Source: Octopus bimaculoides (taxonomy: Eukaryota). From it: DNA of 64,000 nucleotides. The notes beneath the pieces are model-generated. The model was not told the origin of the DNA. It was given only the letters and a program-made list of their open reading frames with translations, and made no database searches. A program made the translations under genes and the position numbers. The stretch is taken from contig NC_068986.1 in NCBI RefSeq assembly GCF_001194135.2, forward strand, positions 105,687,531-105,751,530, read 5' to 3'. Numbering within the stretch: the stretch's first letter is position 1; every line of letters begins with the position of its first letter. Shown here in pieces: positions 63,191 to 64,000 of the stretch.

Positions 63191-63699
63191 TCGACTGCTC
63201 AATGTTTTGTGAATTTGAAGGCCCGTTGCTTGCTNNNNNNNNNNNNNNNNNNGTGTATTTCTTTTTTTGTCCCTTTTACCGCCTTTGGCGATCGCTGTTG
63301 CTTCGTTTACGCCCCTGTGTACTAGCGGTATGGCAAATGAACCAACAGAACAAATATCAAATTTACGAAGTTCTGTGGTCGATCCATTCTACTAAACCCT
63401 CCCAAGGCGATGCTCCAGCAAGGCCGCAATCCAATGACCGAAACAATTATAAGACGAGCTATAAAAGATTATAAGGGTGCCAAAATTTGGGCCGGTTTCC
63501 GCATGCGTTCTTAGGAAACGTTAGGTTAGATTAGGCTAGTTAAAAGTAGTCCGTGATGGTCATGACTGGAACACCTTTGATATTAGGTTTGTTCATTCAG
63601 AGTTGATCTGGAACTAAACAACAGCAGGCGAGGGAAATGAATAACAGCTAAATCGTCCTCAAATTTATGTCGTGCGTTCGTTAAACGATTTTTTTTCTT

Positions 63700-63900
63700 C
63701 TTCCAGACATCATCCAGTCAGGCTGATTGCCCGGGCAAGCCTGACTACCTCTCTCCATCAGTCTGGATCTTCCATTAGTGTTTTTAGGTCTTCAACTTGG
63801 CATCCAACATCTTATGCAAGCTGTTGTATATGCGTCTTCCGTGGTCTTCCAGCCGCTGAGGTGTCATAATTTGGTGTCCACGGCAACCCATTACTCACAA
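63700..63900 (-). mobile_element. RTE/RTE-X LINE 3' fragment
   Basis: Minus-strand frame reads LPWTPNYDTSAAGRPRKTHIQQLA*DVGCQVEDLKTLMEDPD*WREVVRLARA, resembling the RTE-clade C-terminus (GRP..T.I.QL..D.G...EDL...M.DR..WR). Confidence 0.6.
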
Positions 63901-64000
63901 GTTCTTCGCTAAACGAATAGATCCATCGTTAACCGAATAGACACATTAAAAATATATAGTCTGCAATACACACAAGCTAAGCTAAAGACGGAATGGCCTC

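Overview
AT-rich, microsatellite- and SINE-saturated animal DNA with 14 N-gaps. The repeat families look like those of Octopus, which is my inference and not a database result. There is one clear protein-coding gene, an UNC-93-like (UNC93A-type) MFS-fold membrane protein on the minus strand. Its visible coding exons are 24815-24266, 21345-21194, 18759-18526, (gap)13349-13279 and 12601-12375, with consistent splice phases. About 410 codons are visible; the middle segment is probably hidden in an N-gap and the non-coding first exon was not located. The rest is repeats: decayed mariner, Tc1 and Tigger/pogo transposons, RTE and CR1-like LINE fragments, at least five tRNA-derived SINE families, many foldback/MITE hairpins, and micro- and minisatellites. 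The most interesting observation is a tRNA-headed SINE whose tail is a minimal Penelope-type hammerhead ribozyme. Two copies sit head-to-head at 14227-14594, and the minus-strand one has an intact core lying sense within an UNC93A intron. A third truncated copy and several decayed hammerheads from other repeat families are also present. Nearly all short ORFs in the supplied track are artefacts of microsatellites, gaps or SINEs.
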